DNA from: a virus
Direction: 5' to 3' (one strand)
DNA length: 20,450 nt
Virus record (IMG/VR): IMGVR_UViG_3300048818_000054
Coordinates: 1-20,450 of that record
Part shown: one piece after another, positions 8,039 to 15,490 of the stretch
Numbering within the stretch: the stretch's first letter is position 1
Layout: each line of letters begins with the position of its first letter
Notes under the pieces: generated by a model
The model's database searches: none
The model's input: only the letters and a program-made list of their open reading frames with translations
Told to the model about the DNA's origin: nothing
Made by a program: the position numbers and the translations under genes

Positions 8039-8475
8039 ACGCGGGCCGCGTGGCGCGCGCCCCAATCCAAATTAAATACGAGGGTTGAGACGATAATCAA
8101 CCCAATCGCCCCGGCCTGTATCGTCACGATAGATGTACCGAGTGGAGTAAGACCGGATGAACCTAGGCTCAAAGCCACTATGTTTATCCGTAATCCCGTG
8201 GTCGTCCCGAGGATGCCCCACAACGGCAGCACGCCCATGGCGTAAATCGCCCAATAGGGCTGCGTATCCGAAGCAACTCGCCAAGATTGCCAGCCCAATA
8301 AGAAGGCCGAAACGAGCACGTATCCCGCGATAATCGAAGTCGTGTAGGACAAATCCGTGCGCCACGTCTCTTGTAAAATGCCTTGGAACCAACCAAAGCA
8401 AACGGCCACCAAGAGCGCAAGACAAAGAACGAAATGCTGCACGAAGCATCGGTGGCCCATCATATCGAAGTCCAA
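8035..8475 (-). CDS. MotA/TolQ/ExbB-like 4-TM protein, about 146 aa
   Basis: VLPLWGILGTTTGL resembles the P.LG.LGTV.G motif; the last TM LGTSIVTIQAG resembles ...AL.TT..G. Exact start uncertain. Confidence 0.6.
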   Translation of the reverse strand: MDFDMMGHRCFVQHFVLCLALLVAVCFGWFQGILQETWRTDLSYTTSIIAGYVLVSAFLLGWQSWRVASDTQPYWAIYAMGVLPLWGILGTTTGLRINIVALSLGSSGLTPLGTSIVTIQAGAIGLIIVSTLVFNLDWGARHAARV

Positions 8476-9114
8476 TCAGATTGCGTTGTCCCAAGGCTTC
8501 ACATGCCCTTCATGCTCGCTGTCGGATTTTGGCGCTGTCTCGCCCGGCACGTCGGGATGCGCGTCAAAGCGAGGATCAAGCGGCGAGTGGGCAGGGCCGT
8601 CCGGGGGCGTCGGCGGGATCATTGTGACAGGCGGCACGACGGGCGCGGAGGGCTGACCCTTGACCAACTTCTGGAAGGCCGTCTTGAGGTTCGCCAGCAC
8701 GGTCTTGGCCGGCACGACGCCGGTTCCGCACGATACGCCCTTGACGACAAAGCGAACCAGCGCATTCGGATACTTCGGGTCTTCCGATATGCTGATGAAC
8801 ACCTGATCTGCATGAAGGTCCGTCTTGGGCGGGATGGCGTTGACGACGGCCATAAACTTCTTGGCTTTGTCGCCGCTGATAATGAGCAGCGCGCCGTGGC
8901 TGTAGTCTGCGGCCTCTTTGAAAATCTGCTCGACCGTGGCGACAGGCAGACAAGCCTTCATGATCGGGTCTTGCGACGCGTCCTGAATGAACACCTTGTC
9001 CATGGTGGTGCCGCCATCGGAAACTCCGATGCTTTTGACGGCTAGGGAGGGCGTGGCCCATAGAACGATTGAAAGAACGTTGGCGATTAGGCCGATCGGT
9101 ATCCAGCGGAGCAT
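8476..9114 (-). CDS. Secreted/periplasmic protein with Pro-rich tail, 212 aa
   Basis: GAGGA SD; signal peptide MLRWIPIGLIANVLSIVLWATPSLA/VK; two Cys; Pro-rich C-terminus. Confidence 0.75.
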   Translation of the reverse strand: MLRWIPIGLIANVLSIVLWATPSLAVKSIGVSDGGTTMDKVFIQDASQDPIMKACLPVATVEQIFKEAADYSHGALLIISGDKAKKFMAVVNAIPPKTDLHADQVFISISEDPKYPNALVRFVVKGVSCGTGVVPAKTVLANLKTAFQKLVKGQPSAPVVPPVTMIPPTPPDGPAHSPLDPRFDAHPDVPGETAPKSDSEHEGHVKPWDNAI

Positions 9115-9147
9115 GTCAGTGTTCCTCTTCGAATTGACCACTCTGGC

Positions 9148-9477
9148 CTATTCAAGGGATTTGTCAAGCCGCTTGCTGCGACGCAAAGCACGCTTCTCGT
9201 CTGCCAATTGCTTCGCTTGAAGGTCGATCGCCTTCAATTTCAGGGCTGCAACGTCTATGCCGGCCGGCGTCACGACGTAAACCGTATCCTTCTGATCGTT
9301 GATTTTGTGACTCGCGCGCATGAGGCCCATTTCGATCAACTCTTCGATCAATGGGACGCAATCGTGGCCGGGCGAGGCGCAAAAGAAGTTGCGATGCGAG
9401 GTTCTGATCTTGCCTTGTAGGCCGAGGCTATGCGTCAGAATGCCCAAATGCGTGTCGGTCAGATTTTCTAGGCTCAT
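9148..9477 (-). CDS. Phage hypothetical protein (wHTH-like), 109 aa
   Basis: HSLG...RNFFCA...L...GLM...YVVTPAG; ATGA overlap, AGGA SD. Confidence 0.75.
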   Translation of the reverse strand: MSLENLTDTHLGILTHSLGLQGKIRTSHRNFFCASPGHDCVPLIEELIEMGLMRASHKINDQKDTVYVVTPAGIDVAALKLKAIDLQAKQLADEKRALRRSKRLDKSLE

Positions 9478-9677
9478 ATCAGCTTCCTGACTTCCAATTC
9501 GGCAAACAGCAACGCCTTGTGCGCGGAAATGCCTTCGGCCCCGATGATCGTTGCTTGGGGACTTTTCGCGATCAAGTCTTCGCAATCGGCGTAATAAGCC
9601 AACGCGTCTTTGATCTCTTTGACCGTCATCTTTTCGATCGGGACACCGGCAAAACTGTAGCCGCTGCGCGTTCTCAT
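9474..9677 (-). CDS. Hypothetical protein, 67 aa
   Basis: MRTRSGYSF...; ATGA overlaps at both ends. Confidence 0.65.
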   Translation of the reverse strand: MRTRSGYSFAGVPIEKMTVKEIKDALAYYADCEDLIAKSPQATIIGAEGISAHKALLFAELEVRKLI

Positions 9678-9856
9678 TTTACGCGGTCGAGCAGTAGGGT
9701 CGCCATCGCTACTATGTCTGCGGCGGTCGCGGATATGCCGTGGACTTGGAACCAGTGGCGCGCCAAGTCGAACGTATCCATCACCCTCAAAATCTGTAGG
9801 GCGTCGAAGGGACGCTTGACGATATCCGCGTGCAAAGCGGCTTCGCTCTCTTTCAT
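9674..9856 (-). CDS. Hypothetical protein, 60 aa
   Basis: MKESEAAL...; GGAG SD, ATGA overlaps. Confidence 0.65.
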   Translation of the reverse strand: MKESEAALHADIVKRPFDALQILRVMDTFDLARHWFQVHGISATAADIVAMATLLLDRVK

Positions 9857-10287
9857 GACGGAACTCCGCGCGCGTCTTCCCGCATCTTGGCAAGCGCGGC
9901 CTGTTCGGTGCGCTGGGTGGCGTGAATTTCCTTCTGGTAAGCGGCAATCTCGGCCCGCGTCATCAAGCGCCAATCGTCGGCAAGCTTGGCGAGGTTCGGT
10001 TCTTGGAAAACCTTCTGGGCCTCTTCCGATACATGCTCGCCGGCTGCCAGTTGAAGCGCGCCTTCGATAGTGATGCGCGTGTTCAGGTGCGTCTTGTCCG
10101 ACGTGAGGTAAAGCTGAATATCGATACTGACGCCTTCGGGGGCTGTCCACACGACGGGGTAAGCCAGTGGGGCCAATGTCACGTCCAACTTGGGCGGATG
10201 CACGCTGCACGGGCCGAGGCCGCATACGGCGCACGTACGGGGATATGGCTTGCCTTGCGCGGCAAGGTCTTTCTGGCACTCAGGCAT
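9853..10287 (-). CDS. Hypothetical protein with N-terminal Cys cluster, 144 aa
   Basis: C...YPRTCAVCGLGPC; TAATG overlap. Confidence 0.7.
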   Translation of the reverse strand: MPECQKDLAAQGKPYPRTCAVCGLGPCSVHPPKLDVTLAPLAYPVVWTAPEGVSIDIQLYLTSDKTHLNTRITIEGALQLAAGEHVSEEAQKVFQEPNLAKLADDWRLMTRAEIAAYQKEIHATQRTEQAALAKMREDARGVPS

Positions 10288-10625
10288 TAGTAAAATCCCC
10301 CGATCATTTCCGTGATCTCGGCTGCGCCCGTCTTGCCGATGTTCGGCCAGCGCAAAAGGTCTCTGAAACCAATCTTTCGAATTTCGTCATCGGACACTTG
10401 GTCAGGACCGAAAATTCCTCGAAGGCCATTGACCGCTCTAGTGCTCAAGCCGCGCTTGCGCCAATTGTCGGCGGGCAGGGCTTCATATTCTTGAGCCTTC
10501 GCCACGATCATGTCAACCATCGGGCGCGTGACACCGGCAACTTCAGCGATCGTGACGTGATGCACGCCTTCGCAATGAAGTTCGTACACGCGAGCGTGCG
10601 GGATCAAGCATTTGTTAAGTTTCAT
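10287..10625 (-). CDS. HTH plus RNA polymerase alpha-CTD-like protein, 112 aa
   Basis: EGVHHVTIAEVAGVTRPMV (sigma4-like HTH), then GLSTRAVNGL...DLLRWPNIGKTGAAEI, matching the alpha-CTD pattern LS.R..N.L...LL...N.G..S..EI. Confidence 0.75.
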   Translation of the reverse strand: MKLNKCLIPHARVYELHCEGVHHVTIAEVAGVTRPMVDMIVAKAQEYEALPADNWRKRGLSTRAVNGLRGIFGPDQVSDDEIRKIGFRDLLRWPNIGKTGAAEITEMIGGFY

Positions 10626-10749
10626 GGCTGCACTTCCTATCCCAATCCTGCACGTAAGGGTCAAGGAATGGCGTATCGTTTTCGCCCGGCACGATATCCG
10701 GATTGCCACGACGCACCGTTCGAAACCTATTGTCGCTCACGTCGGGCAT
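10615..10749 (-). CDS. Hypothetical protein, 44 aa
   Basis: MPDVSDNRFRTVRRG...; fills the gap and overlaps both neighbours. Confidence 0.45.
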   Translation of the reverse strand: MPDVSDNRFRTVRRGNPDIVPGENDTPFLDPYVQDWDRKCSHET

Positions 10750-11210
10750 GGGAAACCCCAATCGGTGACGCGGCCTTGCAAAAGCTTGATGGCCGACTTG
10801 CTGGCGTAGCCAATTAAACCGTAGACCTTGTTCGAAAGCGTCGCCTTCTGGAGATAGGCGGTGCTGAACGGAACACCGAAATAGCCGTGGACGTAATCGT
10901 TCGGCTCTATCGTCGGGTCGAACACCTGACCGTTATCGTCCACTGTCCAAGCGTGGTCGATCGGAATGCCGTGAACCGTAATCATGCCTTCCACGTAGCG
11001 CCGATCTTTGTTCCTGAACGCGTCATGCGTGGCGTTCATGTAGCATTGCTTCGGCTGGCCGCGCGGGCCGAGGTAAGTCTGATCGGTGACGGTGTAGGCA
11101 ACGCCGTGTCTAAGCAAGAAATGTTGTGGTGACAGAATATCGAACCTAGGGGGCATCAAGTCGGACACCATCGTCAGATATTTCTTGATCTGATCGACAT
11201 GCTCACTCAT
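10737..11210 (-). CDS. Conserved hypothetical protein, transglutaminase-like Cys/His motifs, 157 aa
   Basis: QCYMNA...YVEG...PIDHAW...VFDPT. Confidence 0.7.
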   Translation of the reverse strand: MSEHVDQIKKYLTMVSDLMPPRFDILSPQHFLLRHGVAYTVTDQTYLGPRGQPKQCYMNATHDAFRNKDRRYVEGMITVHGIPIDHAWTVDDNGQVFDPTIEPNDYVHGYFGVPFSTAYLQKATLSNKVYGLIGYASKSAIKLLQGRVTDWGFPCPT

Positions 11211-11416
11211 GGGAGCACCGTGCAGGCGGCGTCCGTAGTGGTCGCCGGGGTCGTGCGGGTCGCGAAGTGATCGCGCATCCAGCGCCTGCGCTCGGCCACC
11301 AAGTCACGGGGCTCTGAGGCGCGCATTCCAGCTATCGCCAGTGCGGCGCTGTTCTTGTGCGGCCTGCCAAGACCGGGCAGGCGGTTCGTGGGTTGCAGCA
11401 TGTTGAAGGTTGCCAT
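11207..11416 (-). CDS. Hypothetical protein, probably leaderless, 69 aa
   Basis: ATG 6 nt after the -10 hexamer, no SD; ATGA overlap downstream. Confidence 0.55.
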   Translation of the reverse strand: MATFNMLQPTNRLPGLGRPHKNSAALAIAGMRASEPRDLVAERRRWMRDHFATRTTPATTTDAACTVLP

Positions 11417-11422
11417 AATTCA

Positions 11423-11451
11423 AACATAGCACCTGTCACGTCTCTTGCAAG
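11423..11451 (-). promoter_or_regulatory. Promoter, class A
   Basis: CTTGCAAGAG-N8-GGTGCTATGT; close match at 15840-15868. Confidence 0.7.
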
Positions 11452-11473
11452 TGTAAGTCTCTGTAGTGGTTAA

Positions 11474-11692
11474 TCAATCCTTATAGGCGGCAGGCGGGTC
11501 GTCCTTGAACTTCACCTTGCGGCTGTCCGTTTCCAGTGCCGCCTTGATCTCCGCCTTCACGAATTCGAATATGTGGTCGGCGTCGTTTCGGCCTGACACG
11601 ATGCGCGTCAGCAAGCAGCGGCACCGCTCATGCAAGCGATGATCCCTTAGTGTGTGAGCGCCTTTGAGGGTCAATTGATGCTCGGCGGACAA
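11474..11692 (-). CDS. Hypothetical protein, 72 aa
   Basis: ORF in the operon direction; start uncertain. Confidence 0.5.
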   Translation of the reverse strand: MSAEHQLTLKGAHTLRDHRLHERCRCLLTRIVSGRNDADHIFEFVKAEIKAALETDSRKVKFKDDPPAAYKD

Positions 11693-11928
11693 TCTGAAAT
11701 CGGGGTGAAATGCACATTGTCATCGTTCCGCGTGATCTCTTCCCACACGTCGGCTGCGGTCTCTGGCGCGATGTTGCCGCATCCGCCCGCGATGCTCTTG
11801 CTCTCGTAATCCAGCGTGAAGATCGCGGCATAGCCCATGCTTGGGAATTTCTTGGCCATCAAAGCATCGAACGCAGCCTGCGCCTCGGATAGGATGACCA
11901 TCTTGGCGGTCTTCACCAGATTTGACAT
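11671..11928 (-). CDS. Hypothetical protein, 85 aa
   Basis: GGAG SD; protein-like composition. Confidence 0.65.
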   Translation of the reverse strand: MSNLVKTAKMVILSEAQAAFDALMAKKFPSMGYAAIFTLDYESKSIAGGCGNIAPETAADVWEEITRNDDNVHFTPISDCPPSIN

Positions 11929-12275
11929 TTGACGAACTCCATTCGGCGCGAGGTTGTTTGATGGCTCTTGCCCGGCCGTCCTGACCTTACACCAAACAGC
12001 ACCGGTTCGCCGTGGTCAATCTCCAATTTTGTCGCAATGAGTCTGAGAGCGTTAATCAGGTCCACCGTGCGCTCTGGCATCTGAAAATTCGCACCCAAAT
12101 AGGCGTACATTTGGCAGCCTTCAACGTGGCCGTGAATGACCTCTTCGAACGTGGGGTCTTGCTCGCTCTTGAGCACGCCTTGCTCGACTAGGTAGCGTCG
12201 TGAGCCGAGGGGATGCACGCCGGGGGTGACAAGACAGCGCTTGCGATCTTGGCTGATGTAGAAGCGCTCGCTCAT
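11913..12275 (-). CDS. Hypothetical protein, 120 aa
   Basis: ATGA overlap with the WYL gene. Confidence 0.65.
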   Translation of the reverse strand: MSERFYISQDRKRCLVTPGVHPLGSRRYLVEQGVLKSEQDPTFEEVIHGHVEGCQMYAYLGANFQMPERTVDLINALRLIATKLEIDHGEPVLFGVRSGRPGKSHQTTSRRMEFVKCQIW

Positions 12276-12481
12276 GCTTTAGGAGCCCAACTGTGAATGT
12301 CCTTCATCGCAAATTCGCGATACAGGGCGATCTCACCTTTTTTGATGACTTCGGCATTCAACAGGTATTGCGCTTCGGTGTGCCACGGCGTCGTCCCCAA
12401 CCGAACGCCGATCGGACGGATCAAGTAGGTTTTCCGGTGACCACGCCAGTTCGTGTAATCAATCTCTACGTACGGGCTCAA
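12272..12481 (-). CDS. Stand-alone WYL-domain-like protein, 69 aa
   Basis: GGAGGA SD plus TTG; IDYTNWRG.R...IRP...WH...QYLL.A...REFAMKDI. Confidence 0.75.
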   Translation of the reverse strand: MSPYVEIDYTNWRGHRKTYLIRPIGVRLGTTPWHTEAQYLLNAEVIKKGEIALYREFAMKDIHSWAPKA

Positions 12482-12609
12482 AAACAATCCTCCACAATTT
12501 TGTTCCATATCCCGCGAATGGCGTTGTAAACAAGCACCGTCGCGCGCATGAAGCCAAATAAGGCAAAGCAGAGTAGGATATTCGAGACTGGTTCTGAAAG
12601 ACTGGTCAT
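12478..12609 (-). CDS. Small membrane protein, 43 aa
   Basis: MTSLSEPVSNILLCFALFGFMRATVLVYNAIRGIWNKIVEDCF; GAGGA SD, TTGA overlap. Confidence 0.6.
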   Translation of the reverse strand: MTSLSEPVSNILLCFALFGFMRATVLVYNAIRGIWNKIVEDCF

Positions 12610-12659
12610 ACGTCCTCATGCCCATCTGGGCGGTAGCCGGGCAGCGGATCGCCGGCAAG

Positions 12660-12953
12660 CTACGTAGCGGGCTTGTGTGGCGGCTTGGGGATATTGAGGC
12701 CGGCGTTCGACATGTTGCCTTCATCGGGCGTGAACTTCATTCCGGGCGGCATAACACGCAAGAGGGTCTGTCCGGCCTTGCAACTGCGGATAATGAAGTC
12801 GGCAATGTCATCGCGGCCTTGCGGGACGCCCAAGCTGACGATGTTGTCGCCGTCATCGAACAAAACCCACATGTCGGCCACGCCGCCGCCCGCCAGCGCG
12901 ATCGTCTTGATCTTCTGGCCGACGATCTTGGTCTGCGTGATGATGATCGTCAC
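12660..12953 (-). CDS. Hypothetical protein, 97 aa
   Basis: AAGGAGG SD before GTG (MTIIITQTK...). Confidence 0.65.
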   Translation of the reverse strand: MTIIITQTKIVGQKIKTIALAGGGVADMWVLFDDGDNIVSLGVPQGRDDIADFIIRSCKAGQTLLRVMPPGMKFTPDEGNMSNAGLNIPKPPHKPAT

Positions 12954-12957
12954 ATGC

Positions 12958-13119
12958 TTATCCTCCTTGGAAGCGCCAGCTAATCGTGTCGATAAGATGT
13001 TGCAGAACTGCCCGAGCGTCTTCGAGATCGCCGCCCCAAACCTCGAATGTGCTGAGTGAGGCTTGTAAGTGCGCGCGTAGGTGCGACGGCTCTTTCGGAT
13101 CGTGCTCAATCATCAACAT
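12958..13119 (-). CDS. Hypothetical protein, 53 aa (absent from ORF track)
   Basis: AGGAG SD; MLMIEHDPKEPSHLRAHL...WRFQGG. Confidence 0.6.
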   Translation of the reverse strand: MLMIEHDPKEPSHLRAHLQASLSTFEVWGGDLEDARAVLQHLIDTISWRFQGG

Positions 13120-13139
13120 CTATCTCCTATGGTGCGCGG

Positions 13140-13352
13140 TCACTTGGGCGGTTCCAATACGTTCCTCGGCTGATCTTTGAAATCGCCACGCAGCCACAAA
13201 CGGGTGACCAAGAACTCTCCGAACACGCAAAGCAATCGCACTTCGCTCTCGCTTACCACGTCCGGATCAAAATCTAGCGCCACGGTGCGCGCGTATTCGT
13301 GCAGAGCGCGAAGCTCTGGCCGTAATGGATTGCCGGCTTGGTCGGTCACCAT
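13140..13352 (-). CDS. Hypothetical protein, 70 aa
   Basis: Overlaps the upstream stop codon. Confidence 0.6.
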   Translation of the reverse strand: MVTDQAGNPLRPELRALHEYARTVALDFDPDVVSESEVRLLCVFGEFLVTRLWLRGDFKDQPRNVLEPPK

Positions 13353-13570
13353 TGCGCCGGGTCTTTTGGGGCAACTTGGGGATTGGAGCCTTCTTGCATA
13401 TGAGCGATGCGTTCCAACGCGTCGGCGCAGCGCGCCATCTGAGCGGTCACAATCTCCGCAACGTCGGAAAGCGCAAGGGCTAACTTGATGCTGTTCACTT
13501 CGTTAGCTGGCATCGCGACCACAAGCCGCAAATTGTGGAACACGGCTCGGCCGGCTTCAATGTCGCTCAT
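13346..13570 (-). CDS. Hypothetical protein, 74 aa
   Basis: GGAGG SD; MSDIEAGR...ADALERIA. Confidence 0.65.
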   Translation of the reverse strand: MSDIEAGRAVFHNLRLVVAMPANEVNSIKLALALSDVAEIVTAQMARCADALERIAHMQEGSNPQVAPKDPAQW

Positions 13571-13655
13571 GGCAACCTCCCAATAAATAACCAATACCCC
13601 CAGAAGCCAGACAAATTAAAAAACCAAGGGCTAAACCAAACAGTGTGTTAAGCAC
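13557..13655 (-). CDS. Small membrane protein, 32 aa
   Basis: MLNTLFGLALGFLICLASGGIGYLLGGCHERH; AAGGGGG SD directly after the palindrome. Confidence 0.55.
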   Translation of the reverse strand: MLNTLFGLALGFLICLASGGIGYLLGGCHERH

Positions 13656-13665
13656 GGCAACCCCC

Positions 13666-13682
13666 TTGTGCAACTAGTTGCA
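13666..13682. repeat. 17-bp site TTGTGCAACTAGTTGCA, copy 2
   Basis: Exact match. Confidence 0.95.
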
Positions 13683-13685
13683 AAT

Positions 13686-13710
13686 GCGACCGGGCTCTTC
13701 ACCCGATCGC
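13686..13710 (-). terminator. GC-rich hairpin, possible terminator or processing site
   Basis: GCGAUCGGG-UGAAGAG-CCCGGUCGC followed by AUUUG; weak U tract. Confidence 0.4.
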
Positions 13711-13744
13711 CATTCGTCTTAAGCGGCGAAAGAACCGCCCGATA

Positions 13745-14074
13745 TCAGGCCGCGAGTTTGCTTTTGCGGCGGGTGGACTTCGCCTTTGACATCGTGCCGC
13801 CGAATGCGATAACGAGCGCTTCGACAGAGCCGTAGAAACGGGGAAGGCCGTGAGGGCGAGACAGGTCGCGGGTGTAATAGACAGGCGAACGCCATTCGCC
13901 AAGCCCGCCATTGCCGTCATCGTCACGAATACATTCCTGCTTGACGTAGCCGACCGTGACGCCGTTGCCATTGAGAACCGGATACTTGAACTTCGGATAC
14001 CCGTAAATCGACGTGTACTTGACGGGCTCTCCCACCGTACAGTCGAACAGGCTTGCAGCATTGTTATAAGGCAT
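13745..14074 (-). CDS. Hypothetical protein, 109 aa
   Basis: AGGAGAAGGA SD; MPYNNAAS... Confidence 0.7.
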   Translation of the reverse strand: MPYNNAASLFDCTVGEPVKYTSIYGYPKFKYPVLNGNGVTVGYVKQECIRDDDGNGGLGEWRSPVYYTRDLSRPHGLPRFYGSVEALVIAFGGTMSKAKSTRRKSKLAA

Positions 14075-14123
14075 TTTCCTTCTCCTATTTCGGACGGAAT
14101 GTCCGACAACCTCTTGTTGTGGG

Positions 14124-14156
14124 CGTGACGATAGACGATCGCGTTCCGAAGTCAAT
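14124..14156 (-). promoter_or_regulatory. Promoter, class B
   Basis: TTGACT-N16-TATCGT; 29/33 identical to 20322-20354. Confidence 0.75.
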
Positions 14157-14445
14157 CGGTCAGCGAACCGCCTGCCTCAATATTTTCATTGTGGTTAGCA
14201 GCCGCATCTAGGATGGCATTGCGGATTGCTTCGAACAAAGCAGCGTTTGAGATCGTATAGCATTGAACTTGCTTTATCATTTTGGCGCGCTCGGCTTTGG
14301 CCTCTCCAAGCGACGCGTAAACCAGCGCAATAGTGTTGCTATTCTGCAACAGATCAAAACCCCACCCTGACCATGCTTTGCGGAGTGGTGCAACGAATGT
14401 CGTTATCGGCGGCGGCTCTCTCAGAATGTGAGCGTTACGCGGCAC
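14152..14445 (-). CDS. Hypothetical protein, 97 aa
   Basis: AAGGAG SD plus GTG (MPRNAHIL...). Confidence 0.65.
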   Translation of the reverse strand: MPRNAHILREPPPITTFVAPLRKAWSGWGFDLLQNSNTIALVYASLGEAKAERAKMIKQVQCYTISNAALFEAIRNAILDAAANHNENIEAGGSLTD

Positions 14446-14635
14446 GGGGTTTCTCCTTCGCAATCGGCAAGCCGCAAACGTGAAGGCCGTGGATCGTGAA
14501 CCAGACGCGGCGCATCTTGCCGTCCTGACGAACCACCCAGCCCTTGCGATTGGAATAAATCGTTCGCTTGATGATCCATTCGACCCTTAGCCCGTGCGGC
14601 GTCGTCTGGCGAAACATGATTAGATATTTGCCCAT
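14435..14635 (-). CDS. Basic hypothetical protein, 66 aa
   Basis: MGKYLIMFRQ...; starts 1 nt after the upstream stop. Confidence 0.6.
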   Translation of the reverse strand: MGKYLIMFRQTTPHGLRVEWIIKRTIYSNRKGWVVRQDGKMRRVWFTIHGLHVCGLPIAKEKPRAA

Positions 14636-14636
14636 G

Positions 14637-14816
14637 CTACGCATCTTCCACCTGTTCCTGATAGTCGGCCATTGCGATCTCTCGCGTCTTGCCATGGCCG
14701 ATGATTTGATGGCCGGCGTCCGGCGCTCCATCGTACGTGTCTTCGTCGATCACTGACCAGTCAAAATCTCTGATCGGTATCGGCGGGGGATCGTAATGCG
14801 CGACGATCTTGGTCAT
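14637..14816 (-). CDS. Phage hypothetical protein, 59 aa
   Basis: YDPPPIPIRDFDW...YDGAPD...IGHGKT...A.AD; ATGA overlap. Confidence 0.75.
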   Translation of the reverse strand: MTKIVAHYDPPPIPIRDFDWSVIDEDTYDGAPDAGHQIIGHGKTREIAMADYQEQVEDA

Positions 14817-14959
14817 CGCGCTTCGATCGTGCAAATGTCGCCCAGCGGATGCGCTCCAGATAGGCGGCGCAAGCCGCTCGCCTCATATTTCGTTATGACG
14901 ACGGGCTGGCGGCGCAAGCCGCTCGCCTCATATTTCGTTATGACGACGGGCTTGCTCAC
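14813..14959 (-). CDS. 48-aa protein with in-frame 15-codon duplication
   Basis: MSKPVVITKYEASGLRRQPVVITKYEASGLRRLSGAHPLGDICTIEAR; GAGGAG SD, GTGA and ATGA overlaps. Confidence 0.55.
   Translation of the reverse strand: MSKPVVITKYEASGLRRQPVVITKYEASGLRRLSGAHPLGDICTIEAR
14863..14952. repeat. Perfect 45-bp tandem duplication
   Basis: GGCGGCGCAAGCCGCTCGCCTCATATTTCGTTATGACGACGGGCT x2. Confidence 0.97.
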
Positions 14960-15291
14960 AACATGTACTCCTCTGCTAGAGGCGGCAACGGCACGTATGC
15001 CTTCACGGCCTTGAAAGCGTCAACGTATTTATTCCGAGGGCCTTTCTTTTCGATTGGTGTGCCCTCTAGGAAGCGTTCGATAAATTGGGGGTAGGTCATA
15101 AGGGCCGCGCCACGAAGGGCGGCTGCACGCGCCTTGCATGTGTCTATGCGGCTCGCTACGAGCAGTTGCGCGGTGATGCCGAACTGCTTGTGAACCGTGA
15201 TCCCAACTTTCGAGCAGGCGTCGATCAAGTCGGCGCGATTGATTGGCTTTCCAATCTCGTCAAAAGCGGGTCCGGTGAAAACTACGTTCAT
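14956..15291 (-). CDS. Stand-alone BRCT-domain protein, 111 aa
   Basis: VVFTG...RADL......G..V.......LLVA.....KAR.A...G......QF resembles the NAD-ligase/RFC-type BRCT. Confidence 0.75.
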   Translation of the reverse strand: MNVVFTGPAFDEIGKPINRADLIDACSKVGITVHKQFGITAQLLVASRIDTCKARAAALRGAALMTYPQFIERFLEGTPIEKKGPRNKYVDAFKAVKAYVPLPPLAEEYML

Positions 15292-15419
15292 GGCTGCACC
15301 TGCTTCAACATCGCCTTTTCGAGGTTCTTACGGATGTAGTTCAGCGCCGACCTAGACAAGCCCTTTTCGCGAAGTAATTGGATATAAAGTTCGATCTTAA
15401 CGTGTGTCAGGGCGTTCAT
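15288..15419 (-). CDS. Hypothetical protein, 43 aa
   Basis: MNALTHVKIELYIQLLREKG...; ATGA overlaps at both ends. Confidence 0.6.
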   Translation of the reverse strand: MNALTHVKIELYIQLLREKGLSRSALNYIRKNLEKAMLKQVQP

Positions 15420-15490
15420 GTGAAAAACCAGAGCAGCCAAGCCGTCACGTAGGAGAGGCCGAGCAGGGAACCGATGATGAAGGCGTTCAC
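15416..15490 (-). CDS. 24-aa membrane peptide
   Basis: MNAFIIGSLLGLSYVTAWLLWFFT; AAGGAG SD, 4-nt overlaps at both ends. Confidence 0.6.
   Translation of the reverse strand: MNAFIIGSLLGLSYVTAWLLWFFT

Noticed and set aside
5647-8245. Long plus-strand ORFs (5647..6474, 6576..7328, 7268..8245; likewise 18832..19656)
   Set aside because: Antisense shadows of well-supported, coupled minus-strand genes; no recognisable motifs.
7349-8475. Canonical Zorya zorAB
   Set aside because: No long ZorA tail, no OmpA-like domain and no zorC/D/E in the window.
12660-13109. 149-aa ORF as listed (also extended starts of 12272..12724, 9474..9947, 9674..10279, 4669..5142)
   Set aside because: The 5' extensions overlap better-supported ORFs in other frames; SD and overlap evidence favours the shorter starts.
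14863-14952. CRISPR array
   Set aside because: Two abutting copies with no spacer and no cas genes.
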